A stretch of DNA of 64,000 nt from a virus: positions 20,833 through 84,832 of the IMG/VR virus record IMGVR_UViG_3300020391_000005; one strand, 5' to 3'. Under the pieces are notes generated by a model. The model was not told the DNA's origin and made no database searches. It worked only from the letters and a program-made list of their open reading frames with translations. The position numbers and the translations under genes are program-made. Shown one piece after another: positions 39,487 through 48,994 of this stretch. Positions within the stretch are counted from its first letter, which is position 1. Each line of letters opens with the position of its first letter.

Positions 39487-40723
39487 AAAAATAACAGATC
39501 AAGAATCATCACTAAGAAAAGTACATTTTGAGCCGTCGACGTTGGAAACTATAGATAAATCCATGCTTAATTATATAGAAGGTTTAGATCTCTTTACTAA
39601 CACTAATACTGGATGGCGGAAGGTGCCGATAATTTGGGGCTCTGCAGAGAGATCATATCAAGCAAAAAAACACAGTGAAGTTAGAGATACTCAAGGTATG
39701 TTAATTTTACCTATCATAACAATAAGAAGAATGTCAGTTGAAAAAGATATGGCGAGTAAAGGTGTTTTTCATGGAACAATTCCAGATTTCAAAGATCAGC
39801 AGGGAGGTACATTAGCTGTCTCCAGAGTTATATACCAAGAAAAAACCTCAAAATTTGCAGATGCGGATGCTCTTAGATTACATAACCAATCTAATTACCC
39901 TAGACCTAACGCAAAGATTGTATATAGAACAGTGTCTGTACCAATGCCAGTTAATGTTACGGTTATGTATGAGATAACTGTTAGGACAGAATATCAGCAA
40001 CAGCTAAATCAACTAGTTCTTCCTTTTATAACTAACCCTGGAACGATAAACTACATTAGATTGTTTGAAGGTGATCATCGATTTGAAGGTTTTATCCAGG
40101 GCAATTTTTCATCAAATGATAATTTATCAGATTTTTCATCCGACGAAAGAAAATTTGAATTAAAAATTCCCATAAAAGTGATAGGATATCTTGTAGGCCA
40201 AAGTGATAATAGAGACAAGCCTCATTATGCTATTAGAGAAAATGCTGTGGAAGTAAAAATACCAAGAGAAAGAATCTCTTTGAACGAAATACCAGAACAT
40301 GAGTATGGAGCTTATTACGGACTCTCAGGTGTACCTGGTAACATTATTCATCCTGGTTTTCCAACCCCTTTTATTTTATCTAACGTTCCAGCGGTCGGCG
40401 CTGGTTCAAGCACGGGAGGCGGAGGCGGTGGAGGCTCTTCTACCTCTGGCAATATCATTACAACAGAAAACTTTAGCGAAACTTTATCTAATAATATGGT
40501 AATCCGTGAAGTTTTGAAGTTAGACGGTGCTGCCCCACCAGACCCTAGGCAATACACTGTTACTGCAGCGACTGTAAGAGCAAACACTGAGTCCGTATAT
40601 GTAAACGGCATGATTCAAGCAGTTGGTGCATCTAACGATTATACTATAAGTGGGAATATTATAACTTTTACATATGATATAATAGATAAAGATTCTATTT
40701 ATGTAACCTACATAAAAGGTTAG
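39479..40723 (+). CDS. Tail terminator/sheath stabiliser (gp15-like) with added C-terminal beta domain
   Basis: KVPIIWGSAER, ILPIITIRR, PVNVTVMYEIT; Gly linker then YVNGMIQ...DYTISGN.ITF domain; probable ATG 39479. Confidence 0.7.
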   Translation: MSKKITDQESSLRKVHFEPSTLETIDKSMLNYIEGLDLFTNTNTGWRKVPIIWGSAERSYQAKKHSEVRDTQGMLILPIITIRRMSVEKDMASKGVFHGTIPDFKDQQGGTLAVSRVIYQEKTSKFADADALRLHNQSNYPRPNAKIVYRTVSVPMPVNVTVMYEITVRTEYQQQLNQLVLPFITNPGTINYIRLFEGDHRFEGFIQGNFSSNDNLSDFSSDERKFELKIPIKVIGYLVGQSDNRDKPHYAIRENAVEVKIPRERISLNEIPEHEYGAYYGLSGVPGNIIHPGFPTPFILSNVPAVGAGSSTGGGGGGGSSTSGNIITTENFSETLSNNMVIREVLKLDGAAPPDPRQYTVTAATVRANTESVYVNGMIQAVGASNDYTISGNIITFTYDIIDKDSIYVTYIKG

Positions 40724-40747
40724 TGACAAAAAAGAAAGGAAAAAACA

Positions 40748-41095
40748 ATGTCATCAGAAAATACAACAGAAGAATTACTAAATGAAAATAATGAAGAGAG
40801 TCAAGAAACATTTGACCCTTCTGAAATAGTAGAGGTTCCTTGGGAACAGGTAGAAAAGCTTTACAACCAAAGAAATGCTGTAATACAATTTGAAAAAGAT
40901 GTTTCAGACTTTATATTACAGTCAGAAAAGCAAAAAAATAGATTATTAAGTCAATTATCAGAAGCAGAAAGAGGCTTATATTCCACAGCAACAGAGCTTC
41001 AACAGGAAATGAGTTTAAGTTCAGATCTTACTTATGAATTAAAAATGCCAGCTTCTCCTGGAGAAAAGGCATACTTTATAAGAAAAGACTCGTAA
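40748..41095 (+). CDS. Hypothetical acidic coiled-coil protein
   Basis: 115 aa, AAGGA RBS. Confidence 0.6.
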   Translation: MSSENTTEELLNENNEESQETFDPSEIVEVPWEQVEKLYNQRNAVIQFEKDVSDFILQSEKQKNRLLSQLSEAERGLYSTATELQQEMSLSSDLTYELKMPASPGEKAYFIRKDS

Positions 41096-41158
41096 ATCTC
41101 AATACTTTTGAACTAGTTATGGTATCTATATATATAATATTTATTAGGGTGAGATGAT

Positions 41159-41395
41159 ATGGAGAACCAAAAAAATTTAAATACTTACGCTACTAGTGAC
41201 ATCGGCATCGCAGCTTACTTACAACTTAAAAAATTTAAATTATTACAATGCAAGCGTTTAGTATCGGGTAAATTTTATTTTTGTTTTGAAGACGAAAATA
41301 TAGAGTGTCCCACAATAGCATTGGAATATTTAGATTCAGACTTTTGTCGGTTTGACAATAATGTTCGAAACCTTAAAAAAATATTATTTTCATAA
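41159..41395 (+). CDS. Small hypothetical protein (DUF5659-like)
   Basis: YATSDIGIAAYL...FYFCFED pattern, recalled rather than searched. Confidence 0.5.
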   Translation: MENQKNLNTYATSDIGIAAYLQLKKFKLLQCKRLVSGKFYFCFEDENIECPTIALEYLDSDFCRFDNNVRNLKKILFS

Positions 41396-41535
41396 TTTTA
41401 TATTCTATTTAAAGAAGACAGTTTTTTTCTTTTATTAAAATCCCCTATTTTATAATATTACATTACCTTTATTCCATTCAAATTTGTTTATTAATATAAT
41501 ATTGAATATTGAACATATTTAGGAGGTAATAAAAT

Positions 41536-44367
41536 ATGGCTAATTCAAAACTAAGAAATTTTCAGCTCGAAAAGTTGACCGATTTTAACAAAGTTGATTC
41601 AGCAGCTGTCAACTTGACGGGCTCTTCTGCACACAGTTCTGCAATCGCTGACGAAGATGTGTTACTAATCCAAGCAAACGCCGGTGGCGGTGCAAAAAAA
41701 GTAACGGCAGCGATACTTCAGAATTATTTTTCAAAAGTAGATATCTCTGAAAGTCAAGACGACGCAGATCAGAGAATCATTTTCGCAAACGCAGGATCAG
41801 GAGATTTAAACTCTGATGCTTCTGCAGGTTCTGTCCTTGAGTTCGCTCATGGTGATGAACCATTTACCTTTAACGCGTCTTCGGGCTTGTTGAAGGTACC
41901 AGCTCTTCAAAATAGAAGTGGCTCTTTTACAGTTTCTTCAGCAGGTGCTCTAGTTGCATCAACAGCAAGAGTTTCTGACCTTTCAAGCGGCCGCGTTGTA
42001 CTCGCTGGCAGCTCCGGTGAAATTGAAGATAGTGCAAATCTTTTGTTCGATGGGACAGTGTTAACACTTTCGGCATCATCTGGAACAGTCCTACGAAATA
42101 ACGGATCTGAGTTTACTGTAACGGCTGCCGGTGCACTCGTAGCTGCAACCGCAAAAATTTCAGATCTTACTTCTGGTCGCGTAACATTTGCTGGTACTAG
42201 TGGTGAACTTGAAGATAGTTCTAATCTTACATTTGATGGTACAGATTTGACAGTAGCTAGTGCTAAGGTATCTGATTTAACGTCTGGTAGAATCGTACTA
42301 GCAGGCACATCTGGTGCTCTTGAAGATAGTAACAAACTAACATTTGATGGTTCAACATTAGTAGTGACTGGCGCTGTGGCAAACAGTGGAGGAACATTTT
42401 CAGTTACATCTGGCGGCGCTCTTGTAGCTGCTAGTGCCAAAGTATCTGATCTATCATCTGGCAGGGTTGTTCTTGCTGGTGGCTCTGGTGAGCTTGAGGA
42501 TAGCAGTAACTTAACCTTTAATGGTTCGCAGTTAGCAGTAACTGGTATCATTTCGGGCTCTAGTCATCTTCACATCAATGGCGCAGCTGTGATTGCATCT
42601 TCTGCATCCGTTGGAGAAACATTAGGTGTCACTGGTATTGCTACCTTTAGTTCTGCTATAGATGCTAATAGCACTGCAGACATTGCTGACACCCTTACAT
42701 TAAGCAAGGGTTCCGGAACAGCATTGAGCGTAAGCTCCGGCGGCGGTGCAGTATTTTTAGGCACTGTCTCTGGCTCTAGCACACTACAAATTGGTGGCCA
42801 GGGTACTTTTGGAGATGTACTTACAGCTAATGGCGCAGGTAACGGTCTTGTTGTGGCTAACAATGCGGACATTAACGGCGATCTTGATGCTGCCGGTACA
42901 GTACAACTTGGTACAAGCGGTGGTTCCGCCGACACAACTGTACGTGGTGATCTTGCAGTTGGTGAAAATCTTACTGTAACTGGTAATTTTACCGTTAATG
43001 GTACAAGCACTGTTGTTGATAGTACAATCACAACGTTGAAAGACCCATTGATTGTTTTAGGTTCTGGCAACACAAGCAATATAAGAGACTTAGGTCTTAT
43101 TCTTGAGCAGTCTGGATCAAGCACAAATCTAGGTTTCTTCTATGATAGAGATCAGTCAGAGTTTGCAGCAAAGTCAGGCTTAAGTGAGGACGGCACAACT
43201 AATGGTGACATTAGTGGCGGTTCATATGCGGATCTTCATATTGGGGCACTTGATGCAGATTCAGCTTCAACAATCGCTTCTTTGAAAGTTGAAGACTTAA
43301 CTTCTGGTCGAATTGTTCTCGCCGGTACCGGTGGTGAAATAGAAGACAGTAACAAGCTTACTTTTGATGGATCAACATTAATTGTAACTGGTGCCGTAGC
43401 TAATAGTGGCGGAACCTTCTCGGTTACGTCTGGCGGCGCACTTGTAGCTGCTAGCGCTAAGGTTTCTGATTTGACATCTGGTAGAGTGGTTCTTGCAGGT
43501 GGCTCTGGTGAACTTGAAGATAGTTCTAATCTTACTTTTAATGGTTCACAGTTGGCTGTAACTGGTATTATTTCTGGTTCTAGTCACCTTCATATTAATG
43601 GTGCAGCAGTAATTGCATCTTCTGCATCCATTGGTCAGACGCTAGCTGTTACAGGTATTTCTACATTTACCGGTGATATAGACGCTAATAGTGCTGCAGA
43701 CATTGCTGGTACTCTTACATTAAGTAAGGGCTCAGGCACAGCATTAAGTGTAAGTGCTGGCGGTGCTTCGGCACTTCAGGCAACAACTGTGACAACACTT
43801 TCTGGTTCTTCAACACTTCAAATTGGTGGTGTTTCGACATTGGGAGGTGATGTAGATCTTACCGCAACCGGTGGAGCAACAGGTGATCCAGATCTTTCTG
43901 TTGCAGGTTATGCTAAATTTGCAGGATCGGTTGAGCTTGATGGTACCATTCAGCCTGACGGCGCTGGAGAGACCGGTATTGATGTATCTGCAGACGCTAT
44001 ATACTACAGAGATTCTGACGCGTCAATGAAGAGAGACACAGTGGCAAATATCGCAACTGCTCAGGCAGGCGCTGGTATTACAGCTACAAATGGTGTGTTT
44101 AGTATTGACCAGAGAGAAGAATTATTCTTATCTTCATCTGTTGCAGTAACAAGTGGAACTACAATTCAGATTTCAGTATCTGGCTCGAGTCACTTAAGTA
44201 ACTCTTTGGATGTATTCCTTAACGGTATGCGTCTGGTACAGAGTGGATCTTCAGGTCCTGCAGCCACAACATTTGATTACACTTTCAGTGGTGCAACGGT
44301 TACGCTTTCAAATGGTGTATCGATGGACAATGATGACATAGTAGTAGTTAAGTACATCGTATCCTAA
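41536..44367 (+). CDS. Fibre/whisker-like structural protein with internal repeats
   Basis: 943 aa G/S/T/A-rich; six DL(S/T)SGR.V.AG..GE.EDS..LTF.G repeats; GNFTVNGTSTVVDST...KDPLIVL fibre motif; AGGAGGT RBS. Confidence 0.75.
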   Translation: MANSKLRNFQLEKLTDFNKVDSAAVNLTGSSAHSSAIADEDVLLIQANAGGGAKKVTAAILQNYFSKVDISESQDDADQRIIFANAGSGDLNSDASAGSVLEFAHGDEPFTFNASSGLLKVPALQNRSGSFTVSSAGALVASTARVSDLSSGRVVLAGSSGEIEDSANLLFDGTVLTLSASSGTVLRNNGSEFTVTAAGALVAATAKISDLTSGRVTFAGTSGELEDSSNLTFDGTDLTVASAKVSDLTSGRIVLAGTSGALEDSNKLTFDGSTLVVTGAVANSGGTFSVTSGGALVAASAKVSDLSSGRVVLAGGSGELEDSSNLTFNGSQLAVTGIISGSSHLHINGAAVIASSASVGETLGVTGIATFSSAIDANSTADIADTLTLSKGSGTALSVSSGGGAVFLGTVSGSSTLQIGGQGTFGDVLTANGAGNGLVVANNADINGDLDAAGTVQLGTSGGSADTTVRGDLAVGENLTVTGNFTVNGTSTVVDSTITTLKDPLIVLGSGNTSNIRDLGLILEQSGSSTNLGFFYDRDQSEFAAKSGLSEDGTTNGDISGGSYADLHIGALDADSASTIASLKVEDLTSGRIVLAGTGGEIEDSNKLTFDGSTLIVTGAVANSGGTFSVTSGGALVAASAKVSDLTSGRVVLAGGSGELEDSSNLTFNGSQLAVTGIISGSSHLHINGAAVIASSASIGQTLAVTGISTFTGDIDANSAADIAGTLTLSKGSGTALSVSAGGASALQATTVTTLSGSSTLQIGGVSTLGGDVDLTATGGATGDPDLSVAGYAKFAGSVELDGTIQPDGAGETGIDVSADAIYYRDSDASMKRDTVANIATAQAGAGITATNGVFSIDQREELFLSSSVAVTSGTTIQISVSGSSHLSNSLDVFLNGMRLVQSGSSGPAATTFDYTFSGATVTLSNGVSMDNDDIVVVKYIVS
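42265..43755 (+). repeat. ~157-codon internal duplication (42265-42735 and 43285-43755, offset 1020 nt)
   Basis: Near-identical peptide from KVSDLTSGRIVLAG to SKGSGTALSVS in both copies, with many synonymous differences. Confidence 0.85.
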
Positions 44368-44397
44368 TCTTAATAATCCTACCAACTTTCTCACCAC

Positions 44398-44428
44398 AGC
44401 CCGGTTTTTCCGGGCTTTTCTTTTTCTT
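44398..44428 (+). terminator. Intrinsic terminator after the fibre gene
   Basis: AGCCCGG-TTTTT-CCGGGCT followed by TTTCTTTTTCTT. Confidence 0.85.
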
Positions 44429-44450
44429 AATGCCATTGGAGTAAAGAAAA

Positions 44451-44459
44451 ACTATTTAT
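44451..44459 (+). promoter_or_regulatory. Putative late promoter ACTATTTAT (representative copy)
   Basis: Same or near-identical motif at 15649, 20402, 25635, 29707, 33324, 36491, 41404; ACTAGTTAT at 37692 and 41112; minus-strand copies at 59959-59967 and 61031-61039. Confidence 0.7.
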
Positions 44460-44502
44460 TAAGTAAAATAACATTTATTTGATTCTTTAAGGAGATATTA
44501 AC

Positions 44503-47292
44503 ATGGCAGCTAGAAAATATAAGTTTGTCTCACCCGGCGTTTTTCTAAGGGAGATAGATAACTCACAACTTCCTAAGATTGCACCTGCAGTCGGTCCGGT
44601 TATAATCGGTAGAACAAGAAAGGGCCCATCCTTTCGACCAACAACAGTTCAATCATTTGCAGATTTTGTAGAAGTATTTGGTAATCCGATTCCGGGCGGT
44701 CAAGGTAGCGACGTTTGGAGAGAGGGCAATGGATATTTGGCACCTTCATACGCAGGTTATGCTGCAAAAGCTTATTTAGCATCAGACATAGATTCTCCTG
44801 TCACCGTTGTAAGGTTACTAGGTGTAAAAGGCGATAACGCTCCGACCGACGCCGGCGCACCAGGATGGACTACGGTCAACGCACATGGTCTTTTTGTTTT
44901 TGCATCAGGCGCGCTAAATGGAACGAAACATAAGTTGGCGGCAATATTTTATTCAGAAACTGGTACAGATTTTCAACTTAAAGGTACCGGAATGCATAAA
45001 TCTGCACTTACTTCGTCTGGGAGATTGATTAACGACACCAGCAACGGCGAATTCACATTGCACATATCCCACAGTGATGGTCGTACTTTGGATACTCTAG
45101 TAAATTTTACAGCTGGAAGCAAGAATTATATAAGAGATGTTTTAAACACAAATCCGGTGCAGACTAATTCAGATATTAGTTATGTTACAACCTCATCAAT
45201 AGCAGATAAATATTGGTTGGGTGAAACTTTTGAAGATATTGTGCCTAGCGGTGATTTGGTGGGATACACAATACCTCTTCGATCTGAAACGTTTGATTTT
45301 GGAGATTTTACGCTTGAAGCAACTGCAGCCAGAACTGGATGGGTTATTTCTCAAGACACCGGAGTTAATACACAGTACATAGCAGACAAGCAAACTAAGC
45401 TTTTTAGAGTAATAGCTTTAGCTGAAGGTGAAGAGATGTCAAAAGATTTTGTTGTTGACATTGAAGATATTAGAGTTCCTCAGGATGGAGATGTTGATCC
45501 TTATGGGTCATTTACGGTGTCAGTTCGTAGAAGATACGGAAACAATCTAGAAGTAGTAGAGAGTTTTCCAGGATGCAATCTAAATCCAAATTCTTCTAAT
45601 TACGTTGCTAGACAAGTTGGAAGCCAATTTGTAAAATGGAGTGCCACAGAAAAAAGAAATAAAGTCTATGGAGACTATCAAAATCAATCAAAGTATATAA
45701 GATTGGATATGGATTCATCAGTCGATGCAGGCTTAATTTCACCAAATTTAGTTCCGTTCGGTTTTCTTGGACCAATCATACCAAAAAGTGAAACCATTAC
45801 TTTATCTGGTGGGTCTAAGGCTACAAATGGTGTGTTTTTAAAAACTCAAACTATTGCTAGTAATGGAGCAGCAGATGCAACAGCTTCATTTACAGTTGAA
45901 TGGCCAGCACTAAAACAAACAATAAGTGGTTCAACGCGTGGAGTCGACTATTTCGGAGCAGCAGTTTACAAGGTCAGTAACAATACGTTGTCTAGTGAAA
46001 TAGACCCAGGATATATTGACTACATTAGAACATTACCAGATAGTGCTCTTAGAACTGCTCAAAACACAGGTGAAGCAGACGGCAATACTAAACATGCGTT
46101 TGTTTTCTCTTTAGATGAAATTAGGATTTTAGGATCAAACTTAACTGATTCTACCAACGCTAATGTTACAGCGTCATTTTATTTGTCAGGTTCTCGGAAA
46201 GATGGACTCTCTTTTACGCATCTGCAGGCTGCAAGTAATGGTATTGATACCATGCTTGAATTAGGGTTTGATAAATTTAGAATGCCTTTAGTTGGGGGAT
46301 TCGATGGTGTTGATGTTACAAAGCCGGATCCATTTGCAAATTCAATAACTAAAGATAAGACATCAGACACATCATATGCTGTTGCATCGATTGAAAGAGC
46401 CATAGACTTGATTAAGGATCCAGAAACACTAGAACATAATATTGCAGTTATGCCAGGTATCACCACCGAAGCATTAACAACTAAACTTGTGCAAACATGC
46501 GAAGCGCGCGCAGATTCATTGGCTATTATTGATCTACCAGATGTTTATCTGCCACCACATGAAAAAAAGTGCAAGGATTATTCACTAAGAATACCTAGTA
46601 CTCCCGATCAAGTTGCGAAAAACTTAAAAAAGAGACAACTAAATTCATCTTATGGTGCAACTTATTATCCATGGGTAAAAATTAGAGATGATAGAAATGC
46701 ATCAGATCTTTGGGTACCACCTTCTGTTGTTGCTTTGGGCGTAATGGCTTATACAGAACAACGAGATGAAGTTTGGTTTGCGCCCGCGGGATTCAATAGA
46801 GGCGGATTAAATGAAGGTAATGCTGGACTTCCGGTCTTACAAGTTTCAGAACAGCTTTTATCAAAACAAAGAGATACTTTGTATGAAGCCAACATTAACC
46901 CTATTGCATCTTTTGTAACCGAAGGTCTTGTAATATTTGGCCAAAAGACACTACAAAGCACTCAATCAGCACTCGATAGGATTAATGTAAGAAGGTTGTT
47001 AATATTTATTAAAAAGAGAGTTTCTAGAATAGCAAACTCATTACTTTTTGATCAGAATGTACCAGCTACTTGGAACAGATTTTTAGGTCAAGTAAACCCA
47101 TTTTTGCAAAGTGTACAAACAAGACTCGGTTTGTCAGATTTTAAAGTTATACTAGATAATTCAACGACGACACCAGATCTTGTTGATAGAAATGTTTTGT
47201 ACGCAAAGATATTTTTGAAGCCTGCGAGAGCTATTGAGTTTATTGCGGTGGATTTTGTTATAACAAATACAGGTGCTTCTTTTGACGATTAA
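44503..47292 (+). CDS. Tail sheath protein (gp18-like)
   Basis: FVSPGVFLREID, YYPWV, VPPS, WFAPAGFNRG, LYEANINPI, GQKTLQ, ALDRINVRRLL, KPARAIEFI. Confidence 0.95.
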   Translation: MAARKYKFVSPGVFLREIDNSQLPKIAPAVGPVIIGRTRKGPSFRPTTVQSFADFVEVFGNPIPGGQGSDVWREGNGYLAPSYAGYAAKAYLASDIDSPVTVVRLLGVKGDNAPTDAGAPGWTTVNAHGLFVFASGALNGTKHKLAAIFYSETGTDFQLKGTGMHKSALTSSGRLINDTSNGEFTLHISHSDGRTLDTLVNFTAGSKNYIRDVLNTNPVQTNSDISYVTTSSIADKYWLGETFEDIVPSGDLVGYTIPLRSETFDFGDFTLEATAARTGWVISQDTGVNTQYIADKQTKLFRVIALAEGEEMSKDFVVDIEDIRVPQDGDVDPYGSFTVSVRRRYGNNLEVVESFPGCNLNPNSSNYVARQVGSQFVKWSATEKRNKVYGDYQNQSKYIRLDMDSSVDAGLISPNLVPFGFLGPIIPKSETITLSGGSKATNGVFLKTQTIASNGAADATASFTVEWPALKQTISGSTRGVDYFGAAVYKVSNNTLSSEIDPGYIDYIRTLPDSALRTAQNTGEADGNTKHAFVFSLDEIRILGSNLTDSTNANVTASFYLSGSRKDGLSFTHLQAASNGIDTMLELGFDKFRMPLVGGFDGVDVTKPDPFANSITKDKTSDTSYAVASIERAIDLIKDPETLEHNIAVMPGITTEALTTKLVQTCEARADSLAIIDLPDVYLPPHEKKCKDYSLRIPSTPDQVAKNLKKRQLNSSYGATYYPWVKIRDDRNASDLWVPPSVVALGVMAYTEQRDEVWFAPAGFNRGGLNEGNAGLPVLQVSEQLLSKQRDTLYEANINPIASFVTEGLVIFGQKTLQSTQSALDRINVRRLLIFIKKRVSRIANSLLFDQNVPATWNRFLGQVNPFLQSVQTRLGLSDFKVILDNSTTTPDLVDRNVLYAKIFLKPARAIEFIAVDFVITNTGASFDD

Positions 47293-47342
47293 GTTAAAAA
47301 AAGTATTTAAAAAGATATATACTTATAGGAGATAAATAAATA

Positions 47343-47924
47343 ATGAGTTTTTGGAGTCAAAAGAGCTTAGAGCCAAAAAGACAATTTAGATGGTTACTTT
47401 ACATCGCAGGTATGCCACAGTTTATAGTTAAGAATGTCAAAAAACCACAGTTCAGTGTGGCTGCGACACCTCATGACTTTATAAACTATAAATTTCATTT
47501 TCCAGGTAGAGTGGAGTGGCAAGATATTCAAGTTACAATAGTTGACCCGGTTCAGCCAGATTCCACAGCTAGCTTATTCAATATATTGACAGCAGCAGGT
47601 TATGTATTACCAGATAAGTATACATCACAGCCAAATGAACCTAGAACTATTTCTAAAGAAAAATTTGTCGATGCCCTTGGTGGACAAATACAGCTTGTTC
47701 AATTTGGTGCAAATACTGGTGCTCAAGAAGAGAATGTGTTAGAACGGTGGGTTTTAAATAATCCATTTTTAACAAGCGTTGATTTTGGAAACTTAGATTA
47801 TTCATCTGATGACCTAGTTAATATTTCAATGACAATAAAATATGATTGGGCCAATCTAGAGCTTCCTGAAATAACTCCTGGAAAAGTATGGACTCTAAAC
47901 CCAACAAGCGAAACAGTAGAATAA
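47343..47924 (+). CDS. Tail tube protein (gp19-like)
   Basis: EPKRQFRW, FPGRVEWQDIQVTIVDP, FGNLDYSSDDLVNISMTIKYDWA; follows sheath. Confidence 0.88.
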   Translation: MSFWSQKSLEPKRQFRWLLYIAGMPQFIVKNVKKPQFSVAATPHDFINYKFHFPGRVEWQDIQVTIVDPVQPDSTASLFNILTAAGYVLPDKYTSQPNEPRTISKEKFVDALGGQIQLVQFGANTGAQEENVLERWVLNNPFLTSVDFGNLDYSSDDLVNISMTIKYDWANLELPEITPGKVWTLNPTSETVE

Positions 47925-47938
47925 GAAAAGAGGTATAA

Positions 47939-48787
47939 ATGTCAAGAAATTCTAGTCGAACAAAGGTTGCACCAAAACCGGAGCAACCTCAATTCAGACC
48001 ACCAACCCCACAGAATCCATTTGGTATTGATCTTGTGGCTGCAACTGAAACTGTATCTTTGCCATCGCAAGGATTGTACTATACTTCAGAATCTACACTT
48101 TTTGAAAAAGATTCTGTTGAAATAAAACATATGACCGCCCGCGAAGAGGATATTTTAGCAAATCAAAAATTTATTGTAGATGGCAGTTTATTTGATCGCT
48201 TGTTAAAAAGTATTCTTGTAGACAAGTCAATAAATCCTAGTGATTTTACTGCGGGAGATAAAAATGCAGTTTTAATAGCTGCTAGAATAACTGGTTACGG
48301 TAACGACTACAAAACTCAAAGGGTATGTGAAAGCTGCGGCGCAAAAAATGAAGTATGCTTTGATTTAACAAAACAAAAAGTTATTCATGATCTACCGCAA
48401 GGTGTAACATTTGATGACTTTAGTAAAACGTTTGTTTTTGAAACACCAAAAACAAATTTGAAAGTAAACGTTAAAATTCTAACTGGTCAAGATGAAGAGT
48501 TTTTAAGAAAACAAAATGAAAAAGCCGAATCATTAGGTATTTCTAACAACTCTACAGTAAATTTATTTAGAAGAGCAGTTGTTAGCGTTAATGATATATC
48601 AGACCCTGCAGCTTTGAATCAACTCTTTGAAGCTTTGCCGGCAATAGATTCTAGAAAAATAAGAACTGTTATAAATAATATTACCCCGGTTGTTTCCACT
48701 AGACAGCCAATCGTTTGCGTTTCTTGCGGAGAAGAGACGGAAAGCGAGGTGCCCTTCTCGTTGGGCTTCTTTTGGCCTGACGTCTGA
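47939..48787 (+). CDS. Baseplate hub assembly / tail assembly chaperone (gp26-like)
   Basis: VSLPSQG..Y, MTAREEDIL, D...VLIAARITGYG, two CxxC pairs, ends FFWPDV. Confidence 0.75.
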   Translation: MSRNSSRTKVAPKPEQPQFRPPTPQNPFGIDLVAATETVSLPSQGLYYTSESTLFEKDSVEIKHMTAREEDILANQKFIVDGSLFDRLLKSILVDKSINPSDFTAGDKNAVLIAARITGYGNDYKTQRVCESCGAKNEVCFDLTKQKVIHDLPQGVTFDDFSKTFVFETPKTNLKVNVKILTGQDEEFLRKQNEKAESLGISNNSTVNLFRRAVVSVNDISDPAALNQLFEALPAIDSRKIRTVINNITPVVSTRQPIVCVSCGEETESEVPFSLGFFWPDV

Positions 48788-48938
48788 GTATACTAGGAAC
48801 GTAACATACGAAGAAATAATATTTTTACAACACTATGGTAATTTTACATTTACAGAGGCATATAACCTTCCAATAGCACTAAGATCTTGGTTTGTAGAGA
48901 AGAACTTAGAAATACTAGAAGAAAGAAACAAGAAATAA
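48771..48938 (+). CDS. +1 frame extension of the tail chaperone, probably reached by programmed frameshift
   Basis: No ATG or RBS; FGLTSEY...EAYNLPIALRSWF; overlaps the chaperone end at TTC TTT TGG. Confidence 0.6.
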   Translation, partial: FGLTSEYTRNVTYEEIIFLQHYGNFTFTEAYNLPIALRSWFVEKNLEILEERNKK

Positions 48939-48994
48939 CTCAGTTTCGGAATATTTACTAAGATACCAGTTTATTTAATGGGAGAAATTTAATA

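Noticed and set aside
41396-41535. Very AT-rich intergenic stretch as a replication origin
   Set aside because: No iterons or clear inverted repeats; adequately explained as promoter and leader of the fibre gene.
41907-43124. Antisense ORFs of 214 and 184 aa with repeats
   Set aside because: Mirror of the repetitive fibre gene on the + strand.
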